A DNA stretch of 64,000 nucleotides from contig CANJXJ010000002.1 of the NCBI GenBank assembly GCA_947478955.1, positions 1,926 through 65,925 of the forward strand, read 5' to 3'. The notes under the pieces were generated by a model. The model worked only from the letters and a program-made list of their open reading frames with translations, was not told the origin of the DNA and made no database searches. Numbering within the stretch: the stretch's first letter is position 1; every line of letters begins with the position of its first letter. This document shows positions 42,368-52,198 of the stretch, piece by piece. This stretch comes from Alphaproteobacteria bacterium (GTDB lineage Bacteria > Pseudomonadota > Alphaproteobacteria > Paracaedibacterales > CAITNM01). The translations under genes and the position numbers were made by a program.

Positions 42368-44980
42368 ATGAAGATGCTTTATAAATTTACCCCTCAATTG
42401 TTAGAAGATCAGCTGTACGCGGAATCGGAATCTTATTTTAAAGCTGATTTAAAAAATTCAGCATCTCCTTATACGGTGATGATGCCTCCCCCAAATGTTA
42501 CGGGATCGTTGCATTTAGGACACGCTTTAACCTATACATTGCAAGATATATTAATTCGTTTTAAGCGGTCCATGGGTTTTGATGCCCTTTGGCAACCCGG
42601 GACCGACCATGCGGGCATTGCAACACAAATGGTTGTTGAGCGTCAGCTGGCCGAGCAGGGGCAGTCTCGTCATGATCTAGGTCGGGCGGAATTTTTGAAA
42701 AAAATTTGGGAATGGAAAGAATATTCAGGAAACGCAATTGTGACCCAGCAACGGCGTTTACGTATTTCAGCAGATTGGGATCGTTCACGCTTTACCATGG
42801 ATGAAGGGTTATCAAAGGCTGTTGTTGAAGTGTTTGTAAGGCTTTATAAGGAAAAACTGATTTACCGAGACAAGCGCTTAGTAAATTGGGATACTAAAAT
42901 GTTAACAGCAGTTTCTGACTTAGAGGTAATAACCAAGGAAGAAAAAAAACCATTCTGGTATATAAAGTATCCTTTGGCTGATAATCCACAAGAACACATA
43001 GTGATTGCGACTACGCGACCAGAAACGATGTTTGGTGATACAGCCGTTGCGGTTAATCCTGAAGATGAACGTTATAAAAAATTAGTTGGGCGAAAAGTGC
43101 TTCAACCTTTAACGGGTCGTACCTTTCCGATTATTGCCGATGATTACTGTGATATGGAAAAAGGTTCTGGGGCTGTAAAAATCACGCCAGCTCATGATTT
43201 TAACGACTTTGAAATGGGAAAGCGTCATAATCTTGAACATATTAATGTGTTTGACGAGCGCGCCCACTTAAATGATATGGTGCCCGAAGCTTATCGAGGC
43301 ATGTACTATATTAAGGCAAGAGCTACAGTTGTGGCTGATCTTGAAGAACAAGGATTTCTTGATAAAGCCGATGAAATAACCGGTCCTACGCCGTATGGTG
43401 AACGTTCAGGGGTTGAGCTTCAACCCTATTTGACAGATCAGTGGTTTGTTGATGCGGCAGTTCTAGCAAAGCCTGCTCTTGATGCAGTAAAGACAGGTAA
43501 AATTAAATTTGTGCCCCAGCATTGGGAAAACACCTATTTTGAATGGTTAAACAATATTCAGCCTTGGTGTATCTCCCGTCAAATTTGGTGGGGGCACCAG
43601 ATTCCTGCTTGGTTTGGGCCAGGTGCAGAAATCTTTGTTGAAAAAACCGAAGAAGAAGCTTATGCAGTAGCGCGCCAACAGTTAGGCAATGATGTGATAT
43701 TGCGTCGTGAAACCGATGTGCTTGATACGTGGTTTTCAAGTGCTCTTTGGCCATTTACAACCCTTGGATGGCCTGAGAAAACCGCTGAACTTAGCCGTTA
43801 CTATCCAACTGATACGCTAGTTACAGGTTTTGATATTATCTTTTTCTGGGTAGCTCGCATGATTATGATGGGTATACATTTCATGGGCGATATTCCCTTT
43901 AGGACTGTGTATATACATGCTTTGGTGCGCGATGAAAAAGGCCAAAAAATGTCCAAGAGTAAAGGGAATGTAATTGATCCTTTAATATTGATGGATAAAT
44001 ATGGTTCCGATGTTGTGCGTTATACACTGGCAGCATTAGCAGCGCCTGGACGCGATATTAAGCTTGGCGAAAACCGGATTGAAGGATACCGAAATTTCTG
44101 TACTAAAATTTGGAACGCGGCACGCTTTTTAGAAATGAATGGTTGTCAGTTTGATAAAAGTTTTAGCCCCCATTCTGATATTCATCCCATTAACCAGTGG
44201 ATAGCAGCGCATCTTCTTGACCTTAAAGATGCAACTATCGTCCACTTAAATGATCACCGGTTTGACCTGGCAGCACAGGGATTATACCAAAGCTTTTGGT
44301 ATGTCTTTTGTGATCAGTATCTAGAAGCATTAAAGGTGTTGTTGCAGGGGGATCAAGCTGATGCGTCAAAAAAGATGGCAATGTGGGCGTTGTTTGAGTA
44401 CTTAAGCTTGTTGCATCCGATTATGCCAAGCATTACCAGCTATTTGGCGAAGTATTTTGGGATGCATGAATGCTTGACAAATTATAAGGTGTGCATAGCC
44501 ACATCTAGCTTTGCTCCTAACCAAACAAATACCCTATGGCGACTGATTGACGAGGTTCGTTCATTAAAAGGTCTATTAAACATTTCAGGGGGGGTATTGC
44601 TTAAGGCGTACATAAAAGCCGAACCTGCTTTGATCAGCGAATTCACTCCTTATATAAGTGTATTAAGTTCCATGGCACGTTTTTCTTCGATTGAAGAATG
44701 GAATCATGAACAGCCACCGGCAGGCAGTCTGCCATGTGTTGTGCAAGGATTTACGCTTTATATGGGCTTTGATACTGCACTTGATGTTGTCAGTGCTAAA
44801 AGTATTCTCTCTCAAAAGCAGGAATCACTTGAAAAAGAGGCGCAGCATTTGGAAAAAAAATTGCAAAACGAAGCGTATAAAAATGCAAAGCCTGACCAAT
44901 GGCAGGAAGATAAGGATATGTATTCTTTGAAAGTTCATGAAGGTGAGAGGTTAGCGGGGTTCTTGAAGTTATTAGTGTGA
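42368..44980 (+). CDS. valS: Valine--tRNA ligase
   Basis: It has PPPNVTGSLHLGHAL (HIGH motif), KMSKSKGN (KMSKS motif), an editing-domain insertion and a coiled-coil C-terminus. Confidence 0.97.
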   Translation: MKMLYKFTPQLLEDQLYAESESYFKADLKNSASPYTVMMPPPNVTGSLHLGHALTYTLQDILIRFKRSMGFDALWQPGTDHAGIATQMVVERQLAEQGQSRHDLGRAEFLKKIWEWKEYSGNAIVTQQRRLRISADWDRSRFTMDEGLSKAVVEVFVRLYKEKLIYRDKRLVNWDTKMLTAVSDLEVITKEEKKPFWYIKYPLADNPQEHIVIATTRPETMFGDTAVAVNPEDERYKKLVGRKVLQPLTGRTFPIIADDYCDMEKGSGAVKITPAHDFNDFEMGKRHNLEHINVFDERAHLNDMVPEAYRGMYYIKARATVVADLEEQGFLDKADEITGPTPYGERSGVELQPYLTDQWFVDAAVLAKPALDAVKTGKIKFVPQHWENTYFEWLNNIQPWCISRQIWWGHQIPAWFGPGAEIFVEKTEEEAYAVARQQLGNDVILRRETDVLDTWFSSALWPFTTLGWPEKTAELSRYYPTDTLVTGFDIIFFWVARMIMMGIHFMGDIPFRTVYIHALVRDEKGQKMSKSKGNVIDPLILMDKYGSDVVRYTLAALAAPGRDIKLGENRIEGYRNFCTKIWNAARFLEMNGCQFDKSFSPHSDIHPINQWIAAHLLDLKDATIVHLNDHRFDLAAQGLYQSFWYVFCDQYLEALKVLLQGDQADASKKMAMWALFEYLSLLHPIMPSITSYLAKYFGMHECLTNYKVCIATSSFAPNQTNTLWRLIDEVRSLKGLLNISGGVLLKAYIKAEPALISEFTPYISVLSSMARFSSIEEWNHEQPPAGSLPCVVQGFTLYMGFDTALDVVSAKSILSQKQESLEKEAQHLEKKLQNEAYKNAKPDQWQEDKDMYSLKVHEGERLAGFLKLLV

Positions 44981-45101
44981 TAGATGATTATATGCCATTG
45001 GATACTAGATTATCATACTAACTGAATCGATAGTTATAATTAACTAATTATTAATATAAAACATGCGACCATGAAGATGCCAAAAAAGTGTCTTATGTAT
45101 C

Positions 45102-45464
45102 ATGAAAAGTATATTATTTTATTTGGTTTTTATAACTAGTACTTTGTATGCAGGAGCAGACGAGCGTGATCCTGCTTCAAGAAAACGTGTTTTGGTGCAG
45201 TCTGTTTTTGATGAAGAGGCAGACAAGCGAGCGGAAGATAAAAAAAGAAAATATGGGCGGTCAACTACTCCTAAAAAAGGTGGGCAAAAAACCCAAAGAA
45301 CAGTAAATAAACACGTTATCATTACACAAGAAGATAGGGCTCGCTTAACCACAGACCCTAGCGTTTACAAAAGCCCACCTCAAGATGACGTGTTACAGGT
45401 AGCATTAAACAAGAAAGCTGAAGTTGCTAAACAAGTACGACATCCTGATTTTTTGCATCAATAA
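45102..45464 (+). CDS. Hypothetical exported basic protein
   Basis: The leader is MKSILFYLVFITSTLYAGA, and the mature part is K/R-rich. I recognised no domain. Confidence 0.45.
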   Translation: MKSILFYLVFITSTLYAGADERDPASRKRVLVQSVFDEEADKRAEDKKRKYGRSTTPKKGGQKTQRTVNKHVIITQEDRARLTTDPSVYKSPPQDDVLQVALNKKAEVAKQVRHPDFLHQ

Positions 45465-45573
45465 TAAAAATAATTTCGAAATTTTCCCAAAAACTCTATC
45501 ATTGACGGCCTTTATTAATAAAAAATTTAATAAAATTTGTAATAATTAGATAAAACTCTAACATAAATTTTTC

Positions 45574-47445
45574 GTGAGCTCCGCAAGCGCATTTAACAAG
45601 CTGGATTTTCTAAAGCCTCTCCAACGAGCGCGTCTTGCAACAGTTGCAGTTGAGCAGGTCATAGAGTCTGGAGATATGATTTTTAAAGAAGGCTCTTCTT
45701 CAGATTTTTTTTATGTGCTGCTGTCCGGCAAAGTTGAGATTTTCAATAAAATTCGCAGGGAAGTTATTTCTAAAGATAATTTTTTTGGGACGGAAGTTCC
45801 TTGTGGGATTGAGCAATATCTTTTTACCGCGACAGCTAAAAGTAAATGTAAACTTTTAAAAATTAAAAAAGACGTTTTGTACGACACCATCGATGCCTAT
45901 GATTTGCAGAAATTTCAGAAGCGATTCTTGCAAAGTTTTGTGGGCGCCTTTTATCCAAAAAATTTTTTGGTCTTTAAAAAAGATTATGTAGAGCGTTTGT
46001 TTGCTCAGGCAAACCGGTTTTGGGTTAACGGTGTGGGGTGGATCTTAGCGGCGATTGTTCCCTTTATTGTGTATTGGTTGCTCAATAAAACTAGTATCAA
46101 TTATCAAAGCCAGGTTTTTTTAGCGATTCTTTCTGCTTGGTCAATTATTGCCTCCTTTAGGTTGATGTCTGATTACGTTGCAACAATGGCTACCATCTTT
46201 CTTTTAATTGCAGGGGGGGTCGTTAAAACAAAAGTTATTTTGGCTGGATTTAGTTCAAGTAATTTTATTGTAGCCTTAAGCCTATTGGGGCTTGCAAGTG
46301 TGTTGGTTTCGTCGGGTGTTGTATATCGTATTATGCTCCATATTTTAAAACGTTGCCGTCCCAGTCACTTAGGTGACAATCTTATTATGCTAGGGATCGG
46401 GGGATTGCTGACGCTTGGCGTTCCATCCTTTATGTTGCGTACAGATATGATGAAAACTTTCTACCATGATACTCTTCATATTCGAGGCCTTGATGATGAA
46501 TCTCGTCAAGCCCAAGCACTAGGTTTTAGTGCATATTGTGGAGCAGGAATTTTTTCACAAAGTATCTTAAGCGCTTCGATGATGCATTTTGTGTTACTAG
46601 GGTTGTTCTGGGGGCAATATGCAAACCAATATGACTGGTGGGGGTGGTTGTTTGCATCCCTGGGGCCAATTGCTGTGCTTTTATGCGGATATTTTTTGAT
46701 ACTTCATTTTTCGTTTAGGAAAGAGACTGCTGATAAAGAACTCTCTTCTAGAGCGAAAAATAATCATACCCATAGTTCTCATCTGACAAAAATTCTTAAA
46801 ATCCTAGGCCCTGCTTCGTCAACAGAAAAAGCGTCATTCATTTGTATGTTTGGAGCAATCTTGAGTCTAGCGACGGTTAGTATACATGGAATTGCACCTG
46901 ATGTAATTTGTTTATTGATTTTATTATTCTTATTTACCTTTGAATTTATGAACGATAAAGGGTTTCAAAGCCGTATCAAGTGGGATTTTGTTGTCTTTAT
47001 GTGCGGATTATCCGGTATTGCTTTTGCCGCAAACGATGTAGGCCTTATCAGTTGGCTTGAAGATAATACTAAGTGGATGACTGAGTACTTGACCCATCAC
47101 TTTTTTGAACTCACAACGCTGATGATTGTTATCTCTCTTATTGCCCAGTTGATGCTTCCAAGGGATGTAAACCTTAATGTATTAAGTATCATGTTCATCC
47201 CGTTGTTTCAAAAAAATGGAGTAAGCCCATGGATAGCGGTTTTTATTATTAATACGGTTGGTAGAATTTGGTTTTTTGGGTATCAAGAGCCTGAGTATGG
47301 GGTGTTTATAAAATCCAGTAAGAATGCTTCCACAGGCCTTGCTAAAGCGTTGAAGGATGCACGTTTACGCTTGAACATATTCTATATTCTTTCGATTTAT
47401 ATTGGGGTTTTCTACTGGAAATGGATCGGTATTTTGCCATGGTAA
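45574..47445 (+). CDS. Fusion of an N-terminal cyclic-nucleotide-binding domain with a multi-TM anion permease (ArsB/NhaD/DASS-like superfamily)
   Basis: The cNMP-binding pattern is GDMIFKEGSSSDFFYVLLSGKVEIF...FFGTE...ATAKSKCKLLKI. It is followed by about 12 hydrophobic helices. The start codon is GTG. Confidence 0.7.
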   Translation: MSSASAFNKLDFLKPLQRARLATVAVEQVIESGDMIFKEGSSSDFFYVLLSGKVEIFNKIRREVISKDNFFGTEVPCGIEQYLFTATAKSKCKLLKIKKDVLYDTIDAYDLQKFQKRFLQSFVGAFYPKNFLVFKKDYVERLFAQANRFWVNGVGWILAAIVPFIVYWLLNKTSINYQSQVFLAILSAWSIIASFRLMSDYVATMATIFLLIAGGVVKTKVILAGFSSSNFIVALSLLGLASVLVSSGVVYRIMLHILKRCRPSHLGDNLIMLGIGGLLTLGVPSFMLRTDMMKTFYHDTLHIRGLDDESRQAQALGFSAYCGAGIFSQSILSASMMHFVLLGLFWGQYANQYDWWGWLFASLGPIAVLLCGYFLILHFSFRKETADKELSSRAKNNHTHSSHLTKILKILGPASSTEKASFICMFGAILSLATVSIHGIAPDVICLLILLFLFTFEFMNDKGFQSRIKWDFVVFMCGLSGIAFAANDVGLISWLEDNTKWMTEYLTHHFFELTTLMIVISLIAQLMLPRDVNLNVLSIMFIPLFQKNGVSPWIAVFIINTVGRIWFFGYQEPEYGVFIKSSKNASTGLAKALKDARLRLNIFYILSIYIGVFYWKWIGILPW

Positions 47446-48509
47446 ACACCCTTCATGCAGCAAAGCGTAAATCATTTATTATTAATGCGCTAAAGAGCTT
47501 GGTGTTTTCAAGCCTTTTAGGGCTTTTGTTTTTGTATAATATGCACAGGCCAAGGATCATGGTTGTCCATAGTTATGATCCAACCTTGGATATTGTTAAA
47601 GATTTTGACAATGGAACTAAAAAAGTTCTGGAAAATGAAATTGAACCAGTTATTCAAATTTACTATATGAACATGCTTAATAAAAGCACGATTCGGCAAA
47701 GAATTACCTCTGGCTATGAAGCAAAAGCTGCGATTAATCGCTTTCGGCCAAAAATTCTTATAGCAGTAGGCGATGAAGCGCAAGAATTTGCTGCAAAGTT
47801 TTATGTAGGTAAAAAGAAAATGCGGGTGTTATTTTCAGGGGTGAAAGGGGATATCCAAAAATTTGGATATGAGCCTGGGAAAAATGTTGGGGCGGTTATT
47901 GAAGAGCCTCAAATGCATGAACTTAATATTCTGATTAACGATATGTTTGAGGGGAAGAAAAATATTCGTCTTGCCCATTTAGGTGATACATCTACCATGG
48001 TGAATTTGACGGAAAAAATATTGATCCGGCACGCTTGGAAAAATGTTTCATTTACCGATTCAGTTAAAGTGAATAGTTATACTGACTTTAAAGAAGCTGC
48101 AACCATGCTAAGTAAGCAGTGCGATGTACTTTTGATTTCAAGCTATCGGGCATTAAAAAATGTCGAAAATGTCGAAGATGAAATTGTTTCAGATGAAATG
48201 ATGAAATGGGTGGTGAAGAATACGTCAATTCCTATTATTTCGACATTGGGATATACGGTTGAAGATGGGGCAGGGGCGGCAATTGTATCATCTGCCTATG
48301 ATCAGGGAATGATGGCGATGGGGTCGGCATTGACCATGTTAAATAATGAACATTTTTTACCAAATGTATTATCAAAAGTTTTTGCTGTATTTCTTAACGA
48401 GGATCATATAAGTGAACGGGGAGTTTGTATGCCATCCATATACAAGTCATTTGCTGTGGGCACCCAAAAATTATTTAACTACCACAAAGTCCACGGGGCA
48501 AGTTTATGA
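47421..48509 (+). CDS. Membrane-anchored periplasmic binding-protein-like protein (ABC_sub_bind/PF04392-like)
   Basis: An N-terminal TM helix is followed by RIMVVHSYDPTLDIVKDF, ILIAVGDEAQEFA, NVGAVIEEP, CDVLLISS and IPIISTLGYTVEDGAGAAIV, which follow the ABC_sub_bind pattern. The gene overlaps both neighbouring genes. Confidence 0.6.
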   Translation: MDRYFAMVNTLHAAKRKSFIINALKSLVFSSLLGLLFLYNMHRPRIMVVHSYDPTLDIVKDFDNGTKKVLENEIEPVIQIYYMNMLNKSTIRQRITSGYEAKAAINRFRPKILIAVGDEAQEFAAKFYVGKKKMRVLFSGVKGDIQKFGYEPGKNVGAVIEEPQMHELNILINDMFEGKKNIRLAHLGDTSTMVNLTEKILIRHAWKNVSFTDSVKVNSYTDFKEAATMLSKQCDVLLISSYRALKNVENVEDEIVSDEMMKWVVKNTSIPIISTLGYTVEDGAGAAIVSSAYDQGMMAMGSALTMLNNEHFLPNVLSKVFAVFLNEDHISERGVCMPSIYKSFAVGTQKLFNYHKVHGASL

Positions 48510-49438
48510 GAAGAATTTATTTTTTGATATGTATGTTCCTATATTTTTCAGTTGAGGGGCGAATTCAAATTCGTCAAACAGGGTCATCAACTGTATATCC
48601 TTTCGCCATGAAGGTAGCACAAGAATTTTCTAAAAAACCCACAAAGATTTGCCCATTAGTGGAAAGTACAAGGACAGGCAATGGTTTTAGGGATTTTACT
48701 CAAAATACGTTTGGGTGTGATGTCGTGGGGGCCTCAACGGTGATTACGCCTCAAGAGGTTGATTCTTGTAAAAAATTAGGTATCCAATCTCTTTTAGAAA
48801 TTTGCATAGGAATGGATGGGATTGCTCTAGCTATTAAAAAAAATTTGAAGGGCTTTGACAATTTAAAGTTAGTAGAGATTTTTCAAGCAATCGCTCTAAA
48901 AGTGCCCAACCAAAAAGGTGAGATGGTTGAAAACCCTTACAAAAAATGGAGCGATATTAACCCTAGCTACCCGGATATTCCTATTCGTATATTGATTCCA
49001 TCAAAGTCTCGCGGTACACGCGATACATTTGAAACTGTCGTTATGCAAGGCCATGACATTCGAAATGGGCAGGAGGTTCGTGAAATTAGTGATTACGAAG
49101 CTGCGGATAGCCATGACTTGCTTTTTGATTATTTGAAAAATAATGATAAGACGATGGCTTTTGTAGCGGATAGCCTCTTGAGTTCTCACCAAGATCATAT
49201 TAAGTCCTTAACTATAGATTCAATGGAACCGACCATTTTGAATATTCAAAATGGTACATACCCTATAACACGCAAGTTATTTATTTATGTGAATGAGGAT
49301 CGTTATAAGACAACCGAAGGGTTGCGCGAGTATGTGAATGAGTGGTTAAGCCCCGAGGCCATTGGTAAGGATGGCTACCTTACCAAAATGGGGCTGGTGC
49401 CACTTTTTGCAAGTGAAAAGAAGCAAAGGAAACTTTGA
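48506..49438 (+). CDS. PstS-family (PBP_like_2) periplasmic substrate-binding protein with no pstCAB partner genes
   Basis: A leader is followed by RQTGSSTVYPFA, the signature N-terminal strand of PstS-type binding proteins, and by SRGTRDTF. The 4-nt ATGA overlap with the upstream gene suggests translational coupling. Confidence 0.75.
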   Translation: MRRIYFLICMFLYFSVEGRIQIRQTGSSTVYPFAMKVAQEFSKKPTKICPLVESTRTGNGFRDFTQNTFGCDVVGASTVITPQEVDSCKKLGIQSLLEICIGMDGIALAIKKNLKGFDNLKLVEIFQAIALKVPNQKGEMVENPYKKWSDINPSYPDIPIRILIPSKSRGTRDTFETVVMQGHDIRNGQEVREISDYEAADSHDLLFDYLKNNDKTMAFVADSLLSSHQDHIKSLTIDSMEPTILNIQNGTYPITRKLFIYVNEDRYKTTEGLREYVNEWLSPEAIGKDGYLTKMGLVPLFASEKKQRKL

Positions 49439-49717
49439 CTATTGAGTGGCTGTTCAACTGAGCAGATAACATGTATTGTTCTGTATTTTAGTATTTAAAT
49501 TTAATTTGTTTTTTTAATAAGTATTAATGCGAATGTTTTTACATTTGTATTATTAAAATATTAATCATGGATTTAAGTTCGGGAATTAATTATTTTTTTG
49601 TATGGATTCTGCTATAGCTCTATAAAAATGCACCGTTGTGTTTGTAACTTTTCTTAACGCTTACTTTTTTCAAATCTATATGTTATTTTTTTGTACTTCT
49701 TTAAGATTTATTCCCTA

Positions 49718-50389
49718 ATGCGCGAAATTGCCCTAGATACCGAAACTACTGGCCTTAGTCATAAAGACGGTCACCGCATTACTGAAATTGGATGCGTTGA
49801 ACTTGTGCACCGTATACCAACTGGTCGTACGTTTCATTGCTACGTCAATCCTGAACGGGATGTATCACCAGGAGCATCAGCTATTTCGGGTTTAACCTAT
49901 GATTTTTTAAAAGATTTCCCAACCTTTGAAGCTATTGCTGCTGAGTTTCATGGATTTATTCAAGAAGCCACCTTGGTTATTCACAATGCCTCCTTTGACG
50001 TTGGTTTTATTAATGCAGAATTTGCCCGACTCGGTTTGCCGCTTCTTGAATTAAAAGATGCTATTGATACGGTGTACCTATCTCGAAAAAAATTCCCGGG
50101 GCAGCCAGCGAACCTTGATGCTTTATGTAAGCGTTTTAATATCGATCTTTCTAAGCGAACAAAACATGGTGCTTTAGTAGATGCGCAGCTTTTAACAGAA
50201 GTTTATATTGAACTTACTGGTGGAAGACAGGCTGAAATGTTTAAGCAAGAACAATCCGACCAACTGAATGTTATCACGTTGAATAAACCATTTCGGGAAC
50301 CTAGAGTGTTTGCCTCAAATGAAAACGAGGTGCAAGAACACGCAGAATTTTTAAAATTACTCAAAGATCCTTTATGGGGGAAGCTCTAG
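49718..50389 (+). CDS. dnaQ: DNA polymerase III epsilon subunit (3'-5' exonuclease)
   Basis: ExoI is IALDTETTG, ExoII is VIHNASFDVGFIN, and ExoIII is HGALVDAQLLTEVY. I chose the ATG at 49718; the track ORF starts at a TTG at 49691. Confidence 0.92.
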   Translation: MREIALDTETTGLSHKDGHRITEIGCVELVHRIPTGRTFHCYVNPERDVSPGASAISGLTYDFLKDFPTFEAIAAEFHGFIQEATLVIHNASFDVGFINAEFARLGLPLLELKDAIDTVYLSRKKFPGQPANLDALCKRFNIDLSKRTKHGALVDAQLLTEVYIELTGGRQAEMFKQEQSDQLNVITLNKPFREPRVFASNENEVQEHAEFLKLLKDPLWGKL

Positions 50390-50415
50390 TAAAATAAGAA
50401 GTAATTATTTTCCAA

Positions 50416-51396
50416 TTAGTCTGCAAAATTTAATAGATGAAAGGCCACTTGTGGCCAAATTTCTTTTGCTAATTTTCTTGTGGGATAATCTTGCACATGG
50501 CTTAAGATGCATAAACTAGCTTTTAATGCAGGACAACATATAAGCACGCTGCTAATGCCTGATGTTCCGCCAAAATGATAATATGCTGGGTGCTTTTTCG
50601 ATTCACCTATGCAAATACCATAACCAAAGCCTTGTCCATAATCATGAAGCATTGTAGATAATGCTTTAGGGTTCACAGCAATTTGACGAATTATTAACGT
50701 TTCCGCCCAATTTAGTAAATCTTGTGCGGTTGAGATGATAGCGCCAGATGCATGGCTTGTGGAAAAATCACGTGCTGATTGAAGAGGCAGTATTTTTCCT
50801 TCTTTCCAGCAATGAGTTTTTGGTAATGAAGGATATTGCTCCCGATTTTCATCCATTATCCCTTGAGGATAAAAAACCGTGTTATGCAAATCAAAAGGAG
50901 AGAAAATATTTTGAGTTAGCCACTGAGCACAAGATTGTTTTGTGTGTTCTTCCAAAATGGCTCCCAGCAATATATAACCTGGTGGACTATAGACACTGTT
51001 GGTTCCTGGGGCAAATTGTAAGGGTAGGGCGGAAGCCTGGTCAATTAACCACTCCAAGGATCTGGGACGCTCATGGAAAGGTTCGCTACGATCATCGGTT
51101 ATAAAGGCCGCCAGGCCAGAGCGGTGGCATAACAAATGCTGCACGGTTATTTGATGGGCGTGAGGGTGAGTAAAACTGGGTAATAGCTTATCGACAGTGG
51201 TGTTTAAATCAAAACCTTGTTCAGCGAGCTTAGAAAAAGCGGATCCAATGAATGTTTTTGTAACAGAAGCAATACGATATTGGGTTTCCAGGGTCGGCAG
51301 ATTTTTATTATCTGGCCCATACCCTTTCCAAAGAATCTGATCTTCTTGCTTAAAACCAATGATTCCATAAAAAGGTTGCGATGGATTTTGAAACAT
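50416..51396 (-). CDS. Serine hydrolase of the beta-lactamase/class C PBP-like family
   Basis: It carries the SxxK motif (RIASVTKTF), a YSxxGY-type motif (VYSPPGYILLG) and a C-terminal HFGGTSG. Confidence 0.88.
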   Translation of the reverse strand: MFQNPSQPFYGIIGFKQEDQILWKGYGPDNKNLPTLETQYRIASVTKTFIGSAFSKLAEQGFDLNTTVDKLLPSFTHPHAHQITVQHLLCHRSGLAAFITDDRSEPFHERPRSLEWLIDQASALPLQFAPGTNSVYSPPGYILLGAILEEHTKQSCAQWLTQNIFSPFDLHNTVFYPQGIMDENREQYPSLPKTHCWKEGKILPLQSARDFSTSHASGAIISTAQDLLNWAETLIIRQIAVNPKALSTMLHDYGQGFGYGICIGESKKHPAYYHFGGTSGISSVLICCPALKASLCILSHVQDYPTRKLAKEIWPQVAFHLLNFAD

Positions 51397-51511
51397 TATT
51401 TAAAATATTTAATTCGCCTGTAGCTGCGTAGCAGTTTAACCAATAAAAAAGACTTGCGTAAAGCATATAAAAAGTTATATGATTTTTGTAACAATAATCA
51501 AATTGGTATCT

Positions 51512-52099
51512 ATGACACGAGGTGGGCTCCGCAAAGGGGCAGGTCGAAAACCAAATTCTAGTAAATTTGGTGAACAGACTATTCCGGTGCGAATACCTAA
51601 ATCTCTGGTGCCAAAGGTGAAGGAGCTACTGATGAAAGCTGATAAAATTCAATTAGGGTCTACTCTTTCTAGTATTCGCGAAGCTTTTGATTGGCAAAGT
51701 CTAGATTTGCCATCAATGCCTCTTCCATTATTTTCTAATAAAGTATCAGCGGGGTTTCCATCACCGGCTGATGATCATTTGGAAACCAAACTTGATTTAA
51801 ATCAACATCTGGTGCAGCATCCCGCTGCAACATTTTTTGTACGGGTTAGCGGTGATTCAATGATTGGTGCCGGTATTCATGATGGGGATGTATTAGTAGT
51901 CGATCGTTCGCTTGTTTGTAAGGAGGGTTGTATTGTTATAGCGGTGGTTGATGGGGAGCTTACAGTGAAGCGATTTTTTCAACGGGGCAGCGAAGTTGTG
52001 CTAATGGCTGAAAATCCTAAATATCCTGATATTGTAGTGACTCAGGAAATGGACTTTCGGGTGTGGGGCGTGGTAACTACGGTGATTCATAAAGTTTAA
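51512..52099 (+). CDS. S24 (LexA/UmuD-type) self-cleaving peptidase with an N-terminal extension; no umuC gene is adjacent
   Basis: The UmuD-like core is VSAGFPSPADDHLETKLDLNQHLVQHPAATFFVRVSGDSMIGAGIHDGDVLVVDRS...AVVDGELTVKRF. It has the A-G cleavage site and the catalytic Ser and Lys. About 60 extra N-terminal residues include GGLRKGAGRKP...TIPVRIPKSLVPKVKELL. Confidence 0.85.
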   Translation: MTRGGLRKGAGRKPNSSKFGEQTIPVRIPKSLVPKVKELLMKADKIQLGSTLSSIREAFDWQSLDLPSMPLPLFSNKVSAGFPSPADDHLETKLDLNQHLVQHPAATFFVRVSGDSMIGAGIHDGDVLVVDRSLVCKEGCIVIAVVDGELTVKRFFQRGSEVVLMAENPKYPDIVVTQEMDFRVWGVVTTVIHKV

Positions 52100-52138
52100 T
52101 GAAATGCAGATGTATTGTAAAAAGTGTACTATATTTAG

Positions 52139-52169
52139 TTGAATTTTTCGTTGGGCCGTATTATATAAT
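52139..52169 (+). promoter_or_regulatory. Candidate sigma-70 promoter for the 959-aa ORF
   Basis: TTGAAT (52139-52144) is followed by a 17-nt spacer and TATATA, which overlaps TATAAT at 52164-52169. The element lies about 30 nt upstream of the ATG. Confidence 0.25.
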
Positions 52170-52198
52170 TAAAATTAATATGTTAATTTGTTCCTTCT

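Noticed and set aside
51397-52198. An SOS/LexA operator near the S24 peptidase gene (searched for CTGT-N8-ACAG and for the alpha-type GTTC-N7-GTTC/GAAC-N7-GAAC)
   Set aside because: The only near-miss is CTGTAGCTGCGTAGCAG, which matches with neither the right spacing nor the right half-site. I found no direct GTTC/GAAC repeat and therefore claim no operator.
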